From Promethearchaeota archaeon Loki_b31 (GTDB lineage Archaea > Asgardarchaeota > Lokiarchaeia > Sigyniarchaeales > SOKP01), in the NCBI GenBank assembly GCA_005222975.1, contig NJBI01000041.1:1-31202 (forward strand): 31,202 nucleotides of DNA, read 5' to 3'. Shown piece after piece: positions 9,218-18,475 of this stretch. A program made the translations under genes and the position numbers. Below the pieces are notes generated by a model. The model saw nothing but the letters and a program-made list of their open reading frames with translations. It was not told the origin of the DNA and did not search any database. The first letter of the stretch is position 1. Each line of letters opens with the position of its first letter.

Positions 9218-10180
9218 TTATAGATTTTTTCTTATGCTTCTTTCAATATGCTTTCTTATTATCCAAGATTCCCAAAAAGCGTAAATTTTTAGCATTGGTC
9301 CTTTCATTTTTCTTTTAGGAAAAAATATATCTAATTTAAGCAACGCTTCTGTTTTCTCGCCAATTGTAAGTTTATGATCAAGTGATTTTAGCGGAGAATT
9401 AACTTTATCTTGATTCTCTTCTATTTTTTTTCTCATATAATTAAACGGTGTTCTATCGGGATTTTTAACTACATATGAATGACTTGAAGTTAATTGAATT
9501 GCTTTCTTAAGAAAAAGTTCTTCAGCAAGATTAATATCCTTGATTGTCTGCTCAATAGAGCAATCCCTAAAACCATACCAAGGGCCAAAACCATTTACTC
9601 CTGGTTGAGTTTGGTCAAATCCCATACAACTTATATGTAAAATTTTTTCGGAAGGAAAAAAAAATCCAATGTGACCTAAGGAGTGCCCTGGAAAAGAGAT
9701 GGTTTGCAGTTCGAAATTATCGAATCTTAATGTGTCACCGGGTTTAAATGAAATAACTTCATTACATTTTTTATAACCCATTGACTTAACAAAGCTCATT
9801 CCAGTTTCTAAGTCAAGTTCCTTTAAAAATCCAAAGTTATTTAAAAAATTATAACTATCTAACAAATTTGTATGTTCTGGAACAGGAACATATATATTTA
9901 CTCCTTTTTCGCTCCAAACATGCACATGAGCTGCGTGATCTAAATGTGTATGACTGCATATGTAATCCTTAATGGGCTTAAACGAATTGTATATGACATT
10001 TGCAAACTGTGGTTCAATATTAAGATCAATAATAATAGCGTTCCTATTTACTCCCCTTTCTGGTAGTTTAATTAAACCATCGCACCTTGTAAAGACGGCT
10101 GATGCTTTGATTTGGTGAACTAATAATAAATTTTCAGTAACCTTAGAAATTTGAAGATTATCAATATTGGGTAAAGACAT
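9218..10180 (-). CDS. MBL-fold metallo-hydrolase
   Basis: SHTHLDH, PGHSLGH and SSH motifs. Confidence 0.88.
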   Translation of the reverse strand: MSLPNIDNLQISKVTENLLLVHQIKASAVFTRCDGLIKLPERGVNRNAIIIDLNIEPQFANVIYNSFKPIKDYICSHTHLDHAAHVHVWSEKGVNIYVPVPEHTNLLDSYNFLNNFGFLKELDLETGMSFVKSMGYKKCNEVISFKPGDTLRFDNFELQTISFPGHSLGHIGFFFPSEKILHISCMGFDQTQPGVNGFGPWYGFRDCSIEQTIKDINLAEELFLKKAIQLTSSHSYVVKNPDRTPFNYMRKKIEENQDKVNSPLKSLDHKLTIGEKTEALLKLDIFFPKRKMKGPMLKIYAFWESWIIRKHIERSIRKNL

Positions 10181-10291
10181 TAGTGTGAGTGTAATCTCTA
10201 TTGTAATTATAAAGGAAAATTATGAAATATTTAAGAACTTAATCTTAACACAAAATATTCTTAAAATAAATATATATAAAAAAAAATATAA

Positions 10292-10345
10292 TTATAATCC
10301 TACAGGACCATTACTATAGATTTCATATGCTTCATCTACTGAAGC
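10292..10345 (-). pseudogene. Displaced duplicate of the lsrF 3' end (17 codons + stop)
   Basis: Encodes [17 protein letters not shown] versus [17 protein letters not shown] at 11671-11724. Hand count: 15/17 aa and 40/54 nt identical. Confidence 0.9.
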
Positions 10346-10370
10346 TTTTCGTAATTTCCAATTTAATAAG

Positions 10371-11567
10371 TTAATTGGCTTCTTTTTCGTATTCTTCAAA
10401 CTTCTTTCCTTTAAGTAGTTTATTCCAATAATGTGGTTCCGGTCTCTTTATTTCCCATTTATCACAGGTTTCCCTTACAATCTTTGGATAGGTGTGAAAG
10501 ATTTCGGAAATATTTCTAATCGGTATTTTCCAAACTAATTTAGATAATATTTCCTTGCTAATTGAATCTTCAAAAAGGATTCTTGATGGTACTCGAAAAT
10601 ATTTTCGTTTTCTAGGTAAACTATCCAGGTAATTATCCAACATCTCATTAAAGAGTTTTGCTCCTAAACTTAAATAATAATTTCCAACACCATCAGGAAT
10701 AATTTGATGTTTAAACTCAAATTTTCTTTTTATCTCTTCTAGAATAGGCTTACTCCCTATATGAAACTGATTTTTTCCTTCTTTTCCATCTCCATCAAAA
10801 AAACCAAGTAGAAATGCTAAATCTAACTCACGACTTTTTAATATAGGAAATGTTGTAAGTTTAAGTCCGCTTGGGACATGACCTAATTTTTTCAAATCCT
10901 TTACTATTTTTGAACACTTAAATCTTATACGGATGTAAGTCTTCAACCCGGATTCTTTCATTATATTCCTTGAAGATTTGTAATCTGGATTTAAACCTAA
11001 ATCTTTTATAAATTTATCAATTAATAATTCATCTTTATTGCTTAAATCAAGTGTAACAGCATCATTCTTCCCTAAATACACTTCTGCCCATAAAAAACCA
11101 AGCCAATATGCTTTGTTTTTTGTATCAATATTCTCAAAATAATCCATTTTAATATTTGGATGAAAATTCAATATTTTTTTCCCATTTTTTCTTGAAATTG
11201 GGAGATCATTATTTTTTATTCGATATTTTTTAATTAATGTTGTTATACTGACCGCTTTATTCCCAAGTATAGATATCAATTTTTCTTCCCATTCTTTTAA
11301 TTCATCTTTAGCGATTTTGTAATTAAAGTTTCCTTCTCGTATATTGCGTTTTATTCTTTTTATTCGATTCTTATATCGGCAAAGAAGAAAACTTAAATTA
11401 GTATCTGGTAAAGATTTGTTATAATACATTCTCATTTCATGACCATCTATAACTAAATGAGATGGTATAATATTTATTAATACATTTCTTAAATCTTCTA
11501 TAAATTCTTTAGTTGAATATTGATTATTATAGGATTTGATATCTAACTTTTTAGGATTTTGATTCAT
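10371..11567 (-). CDS. Free-standing two-motif LAGLIDADG homing-endonuclease-like protein with C-terminal HTH-like domain
   Basis: KAYWLGFLWAEVYLG and AFLLGFFDGDG motifs; C-terminal SKEILSKLVWKIPIRNISEIF...CDKWEIKRP. No intein splicing motifs seen. Confidence 0.82.
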   Translation of the reverse strand: MNQNPKKLDIKSYNNQYSTKEFIEDLRNVLINIIPSHLVIDGHEMRMYYNKSLPDTNLSFLLCRYKNRIKRIKRNIREGNFNYKIAKDELKEWEEKLISILGNKAVSITTLIKKYRIKNNDLPISRKNGKKILNFHPNIKMDYFENIDTKNKAYWLGFLWAEVYLGKNDAVTLDLSNKDELLIDKFIKDLGLNPDYKSSRNIMKESGLKTYIRIRFKCSKIVKDLKKLGHVPSGLKLTTFPILKSRELDLAFLLGFFDGDGKEGKNQFHIGSKPILEEIKRKFEFKHQIIPDGVGNYYLSLGAKLFNEMLDNYLDSLPRKRKYFRVPSRILFEDSISKEILSKLVWKIPIRNISEIFHTYPKIVRETCDKWEIKRPEPHYWNKLLKGKKFEEYEKEAN

Positions 11568-11646
11568 GTATTAAATTTCATTACGCACTAAGGTATTTTA
11601 ACAAATAGACTCTTCTTAATTTCTAATTCAAATAAAATGTAATTGA

Positions 11647-11668
11647 TAATAAAAAAAAAATAAAAAAT
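11647..11668 (-). terminator. T-rich archaeal-type terminator after lsrF
   Basis: TTTTTTATTTTTTTTTT tract on the minus strand just after the spliced lsrF stop codon. Confidence 0.45.
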
Positions 11669-11670
11669 AT

Positions 11671-12485
11671 TTAAAGGCCAACTGGACCTTTTTGGTATAT
11701 TTCATAAGCTTCGTCAACTGAAGCATTTTCATGTACAATAGCTCTAACTGCTTTAATCATACCGATGGGCTTGTCAGATTGGAAGATATTTCTTCCCATA
11801 TGTGCGCTTATAATTATGAATAATAATTATAATCTACGCCAACAGCTCCAGCAGTAATGGCATTCTTTGCCATTTGTAAAGCTTCCCTCTCCGGTGTTTT
11901 TTTTCCTCCCGCAATAACTACAGGTACAGGACAAATACTTGTTACATTTTCAAAGTTCTCACAATAGTATGTTTTTACAAATGTAGCACCTAACTCCGCG
12001 GCCATTCTACTAGCCATTCCTAAGTAACGGTGATCTCTAACCATTTCCCTACCAACTGCGGTGACCGCTAAAGTAGGAATTCCATATTCTTGCCCCCAAT
12101 TTACTAATTTCGATAAATTCATTAAGCTTTGCTTTTCAAACGCTCCACCGACAAAAATAGAGCAAGTTATTGCTGAAACATTTAATCTTATGGCATCTTC
12201 AATAGTTACATTAATTTCTTCATTTGAAAGGTCTTTTAGCATGCTAGCTCCAGCCGATACTCTTAATACTATCGGAATATCAAAATCAGGCGAAACACAA
12301 CTTCTTAACATCCCTCGAGTAAGCATTAAAGCATCAGCATATTGAAATAACGGATTTAAATCTCCAAAACATTTTAATTGACCAGGTATATTACCAAAAT
12401 ATCCATGATCGACGGCAAGCATTACACAACGCCCAGATTTAGGTTTGATAATCCTTGCTAATCGATTTTGCATTCCCCAATCCAT
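11671..12485 (-). CDS. lsrF: LsrF-type class I aldolase/thiolase, intron-containing: join(complement 11834..12485, 11671..11801), 260 aa
   Basis: [34 protein letters not shown] and VIAGGKK in exon 1. Exon 2 gives (D)[42 protein letters not shown]. 652 + 131 = 783 nt = 261 codons. Confidence 0.9.
11802..11833 (-). other. Predicted 32-nt BHB (tRNA-type) intron in a protein-coding gene
   Basis: UG GCGU [AG^A] UUAUAAUUAU-UAUUC-AUAAUUAUAA GCGC [AC^A] UA. Removal gives GGC GTA GAT ATG GGA AGA (GVDMGR). Confidence 0.88.
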
Positions 12486-12642
12486 ATTTAATTCACTTTA
12501 TTTGATTTTCAATTAAATTATTGCATTGTTAAATTATGAAAATTATTAATTTATTATCTTTTTTGTACTTTTGCATAGAAAAGTAATGTCTTTAAAGAAG
12601 TAAAGAAGAGAATGTAAAGAAAATGATTAATTATTCATCAAA

Positions 12643-13491
12643 TCATTTCTTTATTTTATTACCTAAATCCTTCGAAATTCGTCTACTAATAAATTCTTTT
12701 ATTAAAACGATTCTATTTCTATTGATCGTAGAAACTATTAACTTTTCTTTTAACTTTTTTATTAATTCTTTTTCGCTGATAGCTTTAGTGTTCTCTAAAA
12801 GCGACTTAGTAAATTCTATATCGCTTATAAATTGATTAATATAGAGCGCTAAATACTTTAATTGTTCGTTTTTATCTTTCTTACCCAGAGCGTTGCTTAA
12901 TATAGTCTTTTCAAAATCAATGTGCGCATGCCATGGCACTTGGATAACCAATTTACGATTATTGATTAAAAACGCGTTGGTATGTTCTTGTTTAATCATA
13001 GTATAGTAATAATATGGATTAGGAAACACATAAGAGTCAAATTCTTCGTCCATTATAACATTCGAATTTCGATACTTGACAGGGATTAATCTGTCAAATA
13101 ATTCGTTTAATTGTTCTATGTCGAGACTAAATTCTTCGTTTCTAATAATTCGGGAGGAGTAATCGAATAATTTAGCGTGTATGAAACCCGCAACACAATT
13201 GAAACCAAACGCTTCGATTAATTCATCTAATGTCAAACTAATTAAATCAATCGGTAATTTATCTTTTTGATCTAAGGATAAGGAAGCGTCAATTACGTCG
13301 TATCCAATAATATTTCCTTTAGTAGAAATAAAAACGATAAAATTGTGCTCTTTACACACTGCTCCTTGAGGTACTTTAATCTTAACGGTACCAAACTTTT
13401 TATCAAAAAATAATGATTCTGGAACTGATATTTCTCTTCCCGCACCACATCTGGGGCAAGAAACCTCAAATTTTTTCAATCTACTACTCAT
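12643..13491 (-). CDS. Hypothetical protein with N-terminal putative Zn-binding ribbon
   Basis: CPRCG ... VCKEHNF arrangement; 282 aa. Confidence 0.75.
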   Translation of the reverse strand: MSSRLKKFEVSCPRCGAGREISVPESLFFDKKFGTVKIKVPQGAVCKEHNFIVFISTKGNIIGYDVIDASLSLDQKDKLPIDLISLTLDELIEAFGFNCVAGFIHAKLFDYSSRIIRNEEFSLDIEQLNELFDRLIPVKYRNSNVIMDEEFDSYVFPNPYYYYTMIKQEHTNAFLINNRKLVIQVPWHAHIDFEKTILSNALGKKDKNEQLKYLALYINQFISDIEFTKSLLENTKAISEKELIKKLKEKLIVSTINRNRIVLIKEFISRRISKDLGNKIKK

Positions 13492-13569
13492 TTAAACCCT
13501 AAATTACGATTATTTTTTTAGTTATTTTTTTTTTATTTTTTTTAGACAAAAATACTAAAAAAGTTTTCA

Positions 13570-13629
13570 GTTAAAAATTTAAACATTTCGTTAAAAATTT
13601 AAATACAATTTAAATGTCAAATACAATTT
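13570..13629. repeat. Short direct repeats in a divergent promoter region
   Basis: GTTAAAAATTTAAA at 13570-13583 and 13590-13603; AAATACAATTT at 13601-13611 and 13619-13629. Confidence 0.5.
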
Positions 13630-13698
13630 TTAAATTCGTCTAAAATTAAATATTAAATTTTTTAAAGCAATTTCAAAACCAATTAACTAGTGTTATTA

Positions 13699-14976
13699 AT
13701 GATTGAAATTTTAAGCGAAGATTCAAAATATATGTATGAAATAATCCAAAGGATTATCGAAGAATGTGGTCCCCGAATGCCTTGTAGTCCTCAAGAGGCT
13801 CAAAGTGCGGAAATAATCAAAGAGGAATTAGAACATGTCTGTGATAAGACGGTAATAGAACCCTTCTCGTGCAATCCTCGTGCGTTCTTAGGATATATAA
13901 AGGTTAATATTATTTTAGTCGTTATGTCGTTTTTAACCTTTTTTCTTATACCACTTAATTTAATAAATTATTGGAGTTATATAATGACGTTTTTATCTTT
14001 CTGTTTGAACATAATTGCGTTTTTAATCATATGGAATGAATTTTTTAATTATCGAGAATTCATTGATCCGTTATTTAAATCAAGAGAATCACAAAATGTT
14101 ATTGGAAAGATTTCCTCTGAGGAAGAATTAAAAAAAATCTTGATCTTCTCTGGTCATCATGATAGTGCGCTTCAGTTTAATTTATTAACTCATTTAAAAA
14201 TAGGCTATCCCATTATTATCTTTTTAGGCCTAGGTATTATGTTCTTGTGGTTGATTGTTTCAACAGTTATATTACTATTAACCTTAATGGGTTTATTTTT
14301 CTACGAAATCTTTTTTATTTTTGTATTAAGCTTGTTTTTAATAGGAACCCCAGCTTTTATTGGGTTATTCTTCTTCGTATCGTTTGGAAAAAAGGCTAAT
14401 AAAGTACCTGGAGCTGTTGATAATTTAAGTGCTGTAGCAGTCGTGTTAGCTATTGGCAAATATCTAAAAAATCATAAAGAAATTATACCTAAAAACACAG
14501 AAATTAGATTGGTATCTTTTGGGTGCGAAGAAGCCGGTTTAAGGGGCGCTTATAGATATGTTAAAGAACATTACGACGAATTAATAAAGTACGACGCAGA
14601 ATGCGTCAATATGGATGGAATTCACAGCAAAGACAATATTTCTATAATAGATTTTGAACCAACAACTCGTACAAAACATTCTGATGTTGTTGTTCAAAAA
14701 ATAATTAATGCCGCTAAAAATTCCGAAATTAAGCTTCAATCATCTGTATTAGGAGGGTCAAGTAAGTTAGAAAAATTATTTGGCCAAATTACTGGTGGCA
14801 CAGATGCTACAGCATTCTCAAAAGCAAATATTAAAGCTGCTAATATTTCTGCAATGGATTTAAAAAAAATGCTTGGATTTTACCACCAACCTACGGACAC
14901 AGTGGATAAAATTGAAAAAGGATCCCTCGAGAATGTTTTAAAGATTTGTATTTCCTACATTATTGGCGAATCTTAA
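13699..14976 (+). CDS. M28/M20 family metallopeptidase with membrane insertions
   Basis: SGHHDS, GAVDNLSAV, GCEEAGLRGA, TDA and YHQPTD motifs; about 4 TM segments. ATG at 13699 preferred over GTG at 13690. Confidence 0.88.
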   Translation: MIEILSEDSKYMYEIIQRIIEECGPRMPCSPQEAQSAEIIKEELEHVCDKTVIEPFSCNPRAFLGYIKVNIILVVMSFLTFFLIPLNLINYWSYIMTFLSFCLNIIAFLIIWNEFFNYREFIDPLFKSRESQNVIGKISSEEELKKILIFSGHHDSALQFNLLTHLKIGYPIIIFLGLGIMFLWLIVSTVILLLTLMGLFFYEIFFIFVLSLFLIGTPAFIGLFFFVSFGKKANKVPGAVDNLSAVAVVLAIGKYLKNHKEIIPKNTEIRLVSFGCEEAGLRGAYRYVKEHYDELIKYDAECVNMDGIHSKDNISIIDFEPTTRTKHSDVVVQKIINAAKNSEIKLQSSVLGGSSKLEKLFGQITGGTDATAFSKANIKAANISAMDLKKMLGFYHQPTDTVDKIEKGSLENVLKICISYIIGES

Positions 14977-15002
14977 AAAAAGTTGCAAGAGAATAAATAA
15001 AA

Positions 15003-17627
15003 TTAGTTTATTAAATCAATTCTCTCGTCTTTTTCTTTAACAACTAATTTAATAAACAACATTCCAAAAAAAGTTGGGATAATGCCAATGCCTATTACTG
15101 CAAATAAAATAAATTGACCCATATTCTCAAAACTCGCAAACATAAATAATTGCCCGGCTGAATCTATCAAATAGTGTGCAATAATGCTAGGTATCAGGCT
15201 CTTAGTTTTAATAAACATGTATCCAAAAAGGAACCCTAATAGAGATGCGTATATTACTTGTATAATTGTTACGATCAAATCATTCCCAACTAATAAATTA
15301 ACAAAATGAAATAACCCAAATAATACTGATACAATTATTAACGTTGTTCTTTGAGAATATCTCCTTAAGTTTAATTTAGTAATTACTCCTCTAAATGCTA
15401 CTTCTTCCCATATCCCAGGAATTAACATGGTTATAAAGAAAAACCATCCAAGGAACGCAATACTAGAACCAGGAGTTCCAAAAATCACCTCTAAATCAAA
15501 TATATAATGCCCGAATAAATTAGCTGTAATGTAAGTACTAATGAAAAATATTATAGAACATCCGATTCCAAGCAGTATATTGCGAACTATTTTATTATCA
15601 AATTTCAACCCAATGGTTTTTACGTATTCTTTTAGAGATTGTTTTCCCTCTGGGAGATCTAAGGAACGTGGAACAATTAATAACCAAAACAATGCCATTA
15701 CTCCAAAAGCGACGAAGAAATCAATAAATAATAAAGCAATAAAGGGGATAACATCTACGATAAAGATTAAAGGTAATTCAATAAGTATTGGTAAAAGTAA
15801 GAATCCCGTATATAATAATAATAGAATTAATGTACCAAAGATAGGGTATTTTTTGAAGCTTTCCCTTATACTTATCATTTTCTTCTTTCCAAGAACTTTT
15901 GGAAACATGCTATTAAATGAAATTAATAAAATACCGAAAGAGAACAAGCCAGCAATAAAAGTTACTAAAAACATCATACTGGCACCGTAAAACGTTAATA
16001 AAATGCCCCCCAAGAAGTTAAATGCTAAGTAAATCAAATGTAAACCAACTATCAATATAGTCCATTTAACTACTTTTTTTTCTGGAGCAACTTCCTCAAC
16101 AACAAATTTATATTTCATTCTCCCAAAAAATCGAATTTTCAATTGGAACATGGATAATAGCAACGTCAATACTACTGGATACCACGAAATAAACGACAGC
16201 AAATAGTTTAAAAATTCGGGATTTCCAATAAACAGAAAAATCGGTAGGAAATAAGAGATCGTCTGAATTGAACCCAATAAGAACAATTTCGCTTTAGCTT
16301 GGTCGCGAGGATTAATTGGTAAAGAAGAAAGTATTGCTGCCCCAGTATCTTCCATATTTAAAAATCCTGAAGTAAGCATCATTGAAATCATGGGTTGGTA
16401 CATAGTTAGAAAAGCCCAAATTACAATATAATCTTCATAATAAGAAGCACCTATTCCACTTACACTCGTCAAAATGGGAATTAATGTCAAAAAAGGGAGG
16501 ATGAAAGGCATAATTACAAACATAAATGTCTGAATATCTCTTGTTGTAGTAGATAAATCCTTACGGATATAAGCTTTTATTGGGGATCGTGTTTTAATAA
16601 GCACTTCTATTTCTTTTTCAGGTTTTTTTTTGGAAGTAGTCTTTTGTTTTGTTTCAAGTGCGGCTGAAGAAGTAACTATCCACATTGCCTTTAACGCTCT
16701 TTTATAGATGAATCGGGTTAATAATATAGAGAGCGCAACTCCTATAATAGTAGTAATCCAAAAAATAGCAGAAAAACTCGTTGGTTCAATAGCCAATGTT
16801 AATAAATAACCTGGTGCAAAAGGATACGGGATTAAACTCATTAAGATTTTTACTAAAAATGGAATTTCAAGTGAAGCACTTAAATAAAAAAAGTCTCTCG
16901 AAGCAGTTATTATCCCTTGAATAAAAAAAGTAGCGGAAAATATTACTATCATATAACTCAACATAGTAAATATACGGATAAGTGTCGCTTTCTTAGAACC
17001 TGCTTCGCTAACCTTTAATACGCGGCTAATCCTTTCTGCTATTAAAACCAGTACGCTAAAAGAAAACATAACGTTAATTATAGAAATAAATACAGCAATT
17101 AAAGCCAATATTATATTTAGAGATATGATGAACATTATGATTGGAAAAGCAAGAGTCATAGTTATAAGTCCGATATCTAAATTGCGAAAAACCGTCATAA
17201 ACCCTAATTTTCTTAATTTATCCTTAGAGATGGGTAGGGTCTCGTACCACCTAAAAGCCTCTCCGGACATCATGGCCGCAATACTGAACATCCCCAACAT
17301 TGTTAAATATAATAATTGCATAATAAAAAATGCTCCAAAAAGAATACTTCCGGGGATTAAGACCGAATCTGGAGAAATTAGAGGATTACCAAGAGCACCT
17401 TTAGCTTCTAAATAAGTACTTATTGGTAAAAAAGAGATAAACAAAAGCATAACTGCAAATACTATTTTTATAGCAATAACTTGTTGTTTAATAGAACTTT
17501 TATTTTTTTTGTATTTCTCCATAAGGCGGGCTTGGTTCGCTCCAGAAGATTGAACCTGCCCCTCCATCGTGATCTCTAAATTAGTGAATTTAGCCAGTTT
17601 ATATAGCGTCAAATCCTTTTCTGTCAT
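15003..17627 (-). CDS. ABC exporter permease fused to a C-terminal CPBP (CAAX/Abi) intramembrane protease
   Basis: Polytopic N-terminal part with two xLPI repeats and YIRKDL. C-terminal WEEVAFRG, FGLFH and AHYLID motifs. Follows the ABC ATPase, with GGAG upstream of the ATG. Confidence 0.82.
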   Translation of the reverse strand: MTEKDLTLYKLAKFTNLEITMEGQVQSSGANQARLMEKYKKNKSSIKQQVIAIKIVFAVMLLFISFLPISTYLEAKGALGNPLISPDSVLIPGSILFGAFFIMQLLYLTMLGMFSIAAMMSGEAFRWYETLPISKDKLRKLGFMTVFRNLDIGLITMTLAFPIIMFIISLNIILALIAVFISIINVMFSFSVLVLIAERISRVLKVSEAGSKKATLIRIFTMLSYMIVIFSATFFIQGIITASRDFFYLSASLEIPFLVKILMSLIPYPFAPGYLLTLAIEPTSFSAIFWITTIIGVALSILLTRFIYKRALKAMWIVTSSAALETKQKTTSKKKPEKEIEVLIKTRSPIKAYIRKDLSTTTRDIQTFMFVIMPFILPFLTLIPILTSVSGIGASYYEDYIVIWAFLTMYQPMISMMLTSGFLNMEDTGAAILSSLPINPRDQAKAKLFLLGSIQTISYFLPIFLFIGNPEFLNYLLSFISWYPVVLTLLLSMFQLKIRFFGRMKYKFVVEEVAPEKKVVKWTILIVGLHLIYLAFNFLGGILLTFYGASMMFLVTFIAGLFSFGILLISFNSMFPKVLGKKKMISIRESFKKYPIFGTLILLLLYTGFLLLPILIELPLIFIVDVIPFIALLFIDFFVAFGVMALFWLLIVPRSLDLPEGKQSLKEYVKTIGLKFDNKIVRNILLGIGCSIIFFISTYITANLFGHYIFDLEVIFGTPGSSIAFLGWFFFITMLIPGIWEEVAFRGVITKLNLRRYSQRTTLIIVSVLFGLFHFVNLLVGNDLIVTIIQVIYASLLGFLFGYMFIKTKSLIPSIIAHYLIDSAGQLFMFASFENMGQFILFAVIGIGIIPTFFGMLFIKLVVKEKDERIDLIN

Positions 17628-17641
17628 ATAAATGAATCTCC

Positions 17642-18439
17642 TTATTTTTTGGTGTTTTTGAAAGATTTTCGCAATTTTTTAACAATTTCGTTGACGCTCG
17701 TATCTTGTTCTGTCAATCTTAAGAAAACATCTTCTAAACTCGCACCTAACTTGTCGGCTTGCTGTCGAAGTTCGTTCATCGTTCCAATTCCAACCAATTT
17801 ACCCTTGTTCATTATTGCAATTCGGTTACATAAATCTTCTGCTATTTCCATGATATGGGTAGAAAAAAGAACGGAGCCTCCTTTCTCAATATGTATATCC
17901 AATATCTCTTTAACAACTCTTACGGACTTTGCGTCAAGTCCTGCCAAAGGCTCGTCTAAAATTAGTAAATCTGGGTCGTGAAGAATCGCCGAAACAATTT
18001 GAATTTTCTGCTTATTCCCGTGGGATAAAGTTGCTACTAATTGTTCATAATATTCCAGGGCTCCCAAACTTTCCAGATACTCTTTTGCTCGCTCTGTGGT
18101 TTCCTCTGCGTCTAATCTACGAATAGAAGCTATAAAATTAAACAAATCTTTAGGCGTGAGCGATTTGAAGATTAATGGCTCTTCAGAAACATACCCTACT
18201 CGGCTCTTAATTTGAACCTCGTCTGTTTCTGGATTTAAGCCCATTATAGTTATGTTTCCTTCGTTGGGCTCTAATAACCCTAATAACATTTTTAAAGTAG
18301 TAGTTTTACCCGCTCCGTTCGGCCCTAAGAGACCGAAAACTTCACCTTTTTTTACGTCAAAGGATATTCCATTTACTGCTTTAACATCCCCAAAAAACTT
18401 TTTCAAATTACTAATAGAAATCATTACATTATCTTTCAT
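17642..18439 (-). CDS. ABC transporter ATP-binding protein
   Basis: GPNGAGKTT, LSHGNKQK, ILDEP and STH motifs. Confidence 0.95.
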   Translation of the reverse strand: MKDNVMISISNLKKFFGDVKAVNGISFDVKKGEVFGLLGPNGAGKTTTLKMLLGLLEPNEGNITIMGLNPETDEVQIKSRVGYVSEEPLIFKSLTPKDLFNFIASIRRLDAEETTERAKEYLESLGALEYYEQLVATLSHGNKQKIQIVSAILHDPDLLILDEPLAGLDAKSVRVVKEILDIHIEKGGSVLFSTHIMEIAEDLCNRIAIMNKGKLVGIGTMNELRQQADKLGASLEDVFLRLTEQDTSVNEIVKKLRKSFKNTKK

Positions 18440-18475
18440 TCTTCATCACTCTAACAAAATTTTGTGTAATTATTA

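Noticed and set aside
10371-11567. LAGLIDADG ORF as an intein or group I intron ORF
   Set aside because: It has its own start and stop, no Cys/Ser start or His-Asn end motifs, and flanks too short and AT-rich for a ribozyme core.
10346-11735. Possible large BHB intron carrying the LAGLIDADG ORF and splicing lsrF onto the downstream 3' end copy
   Set aside because: A 4-bp helix UGUA/UACG can be drawn, but the intron-side helix does not form and the spliced product is out of frame.
11814-12485. lsrF as a 223-aa truncated protein or pseudogene
   Set aside because: An intact C-terminal exon and an exact BHB fold explain the break better.
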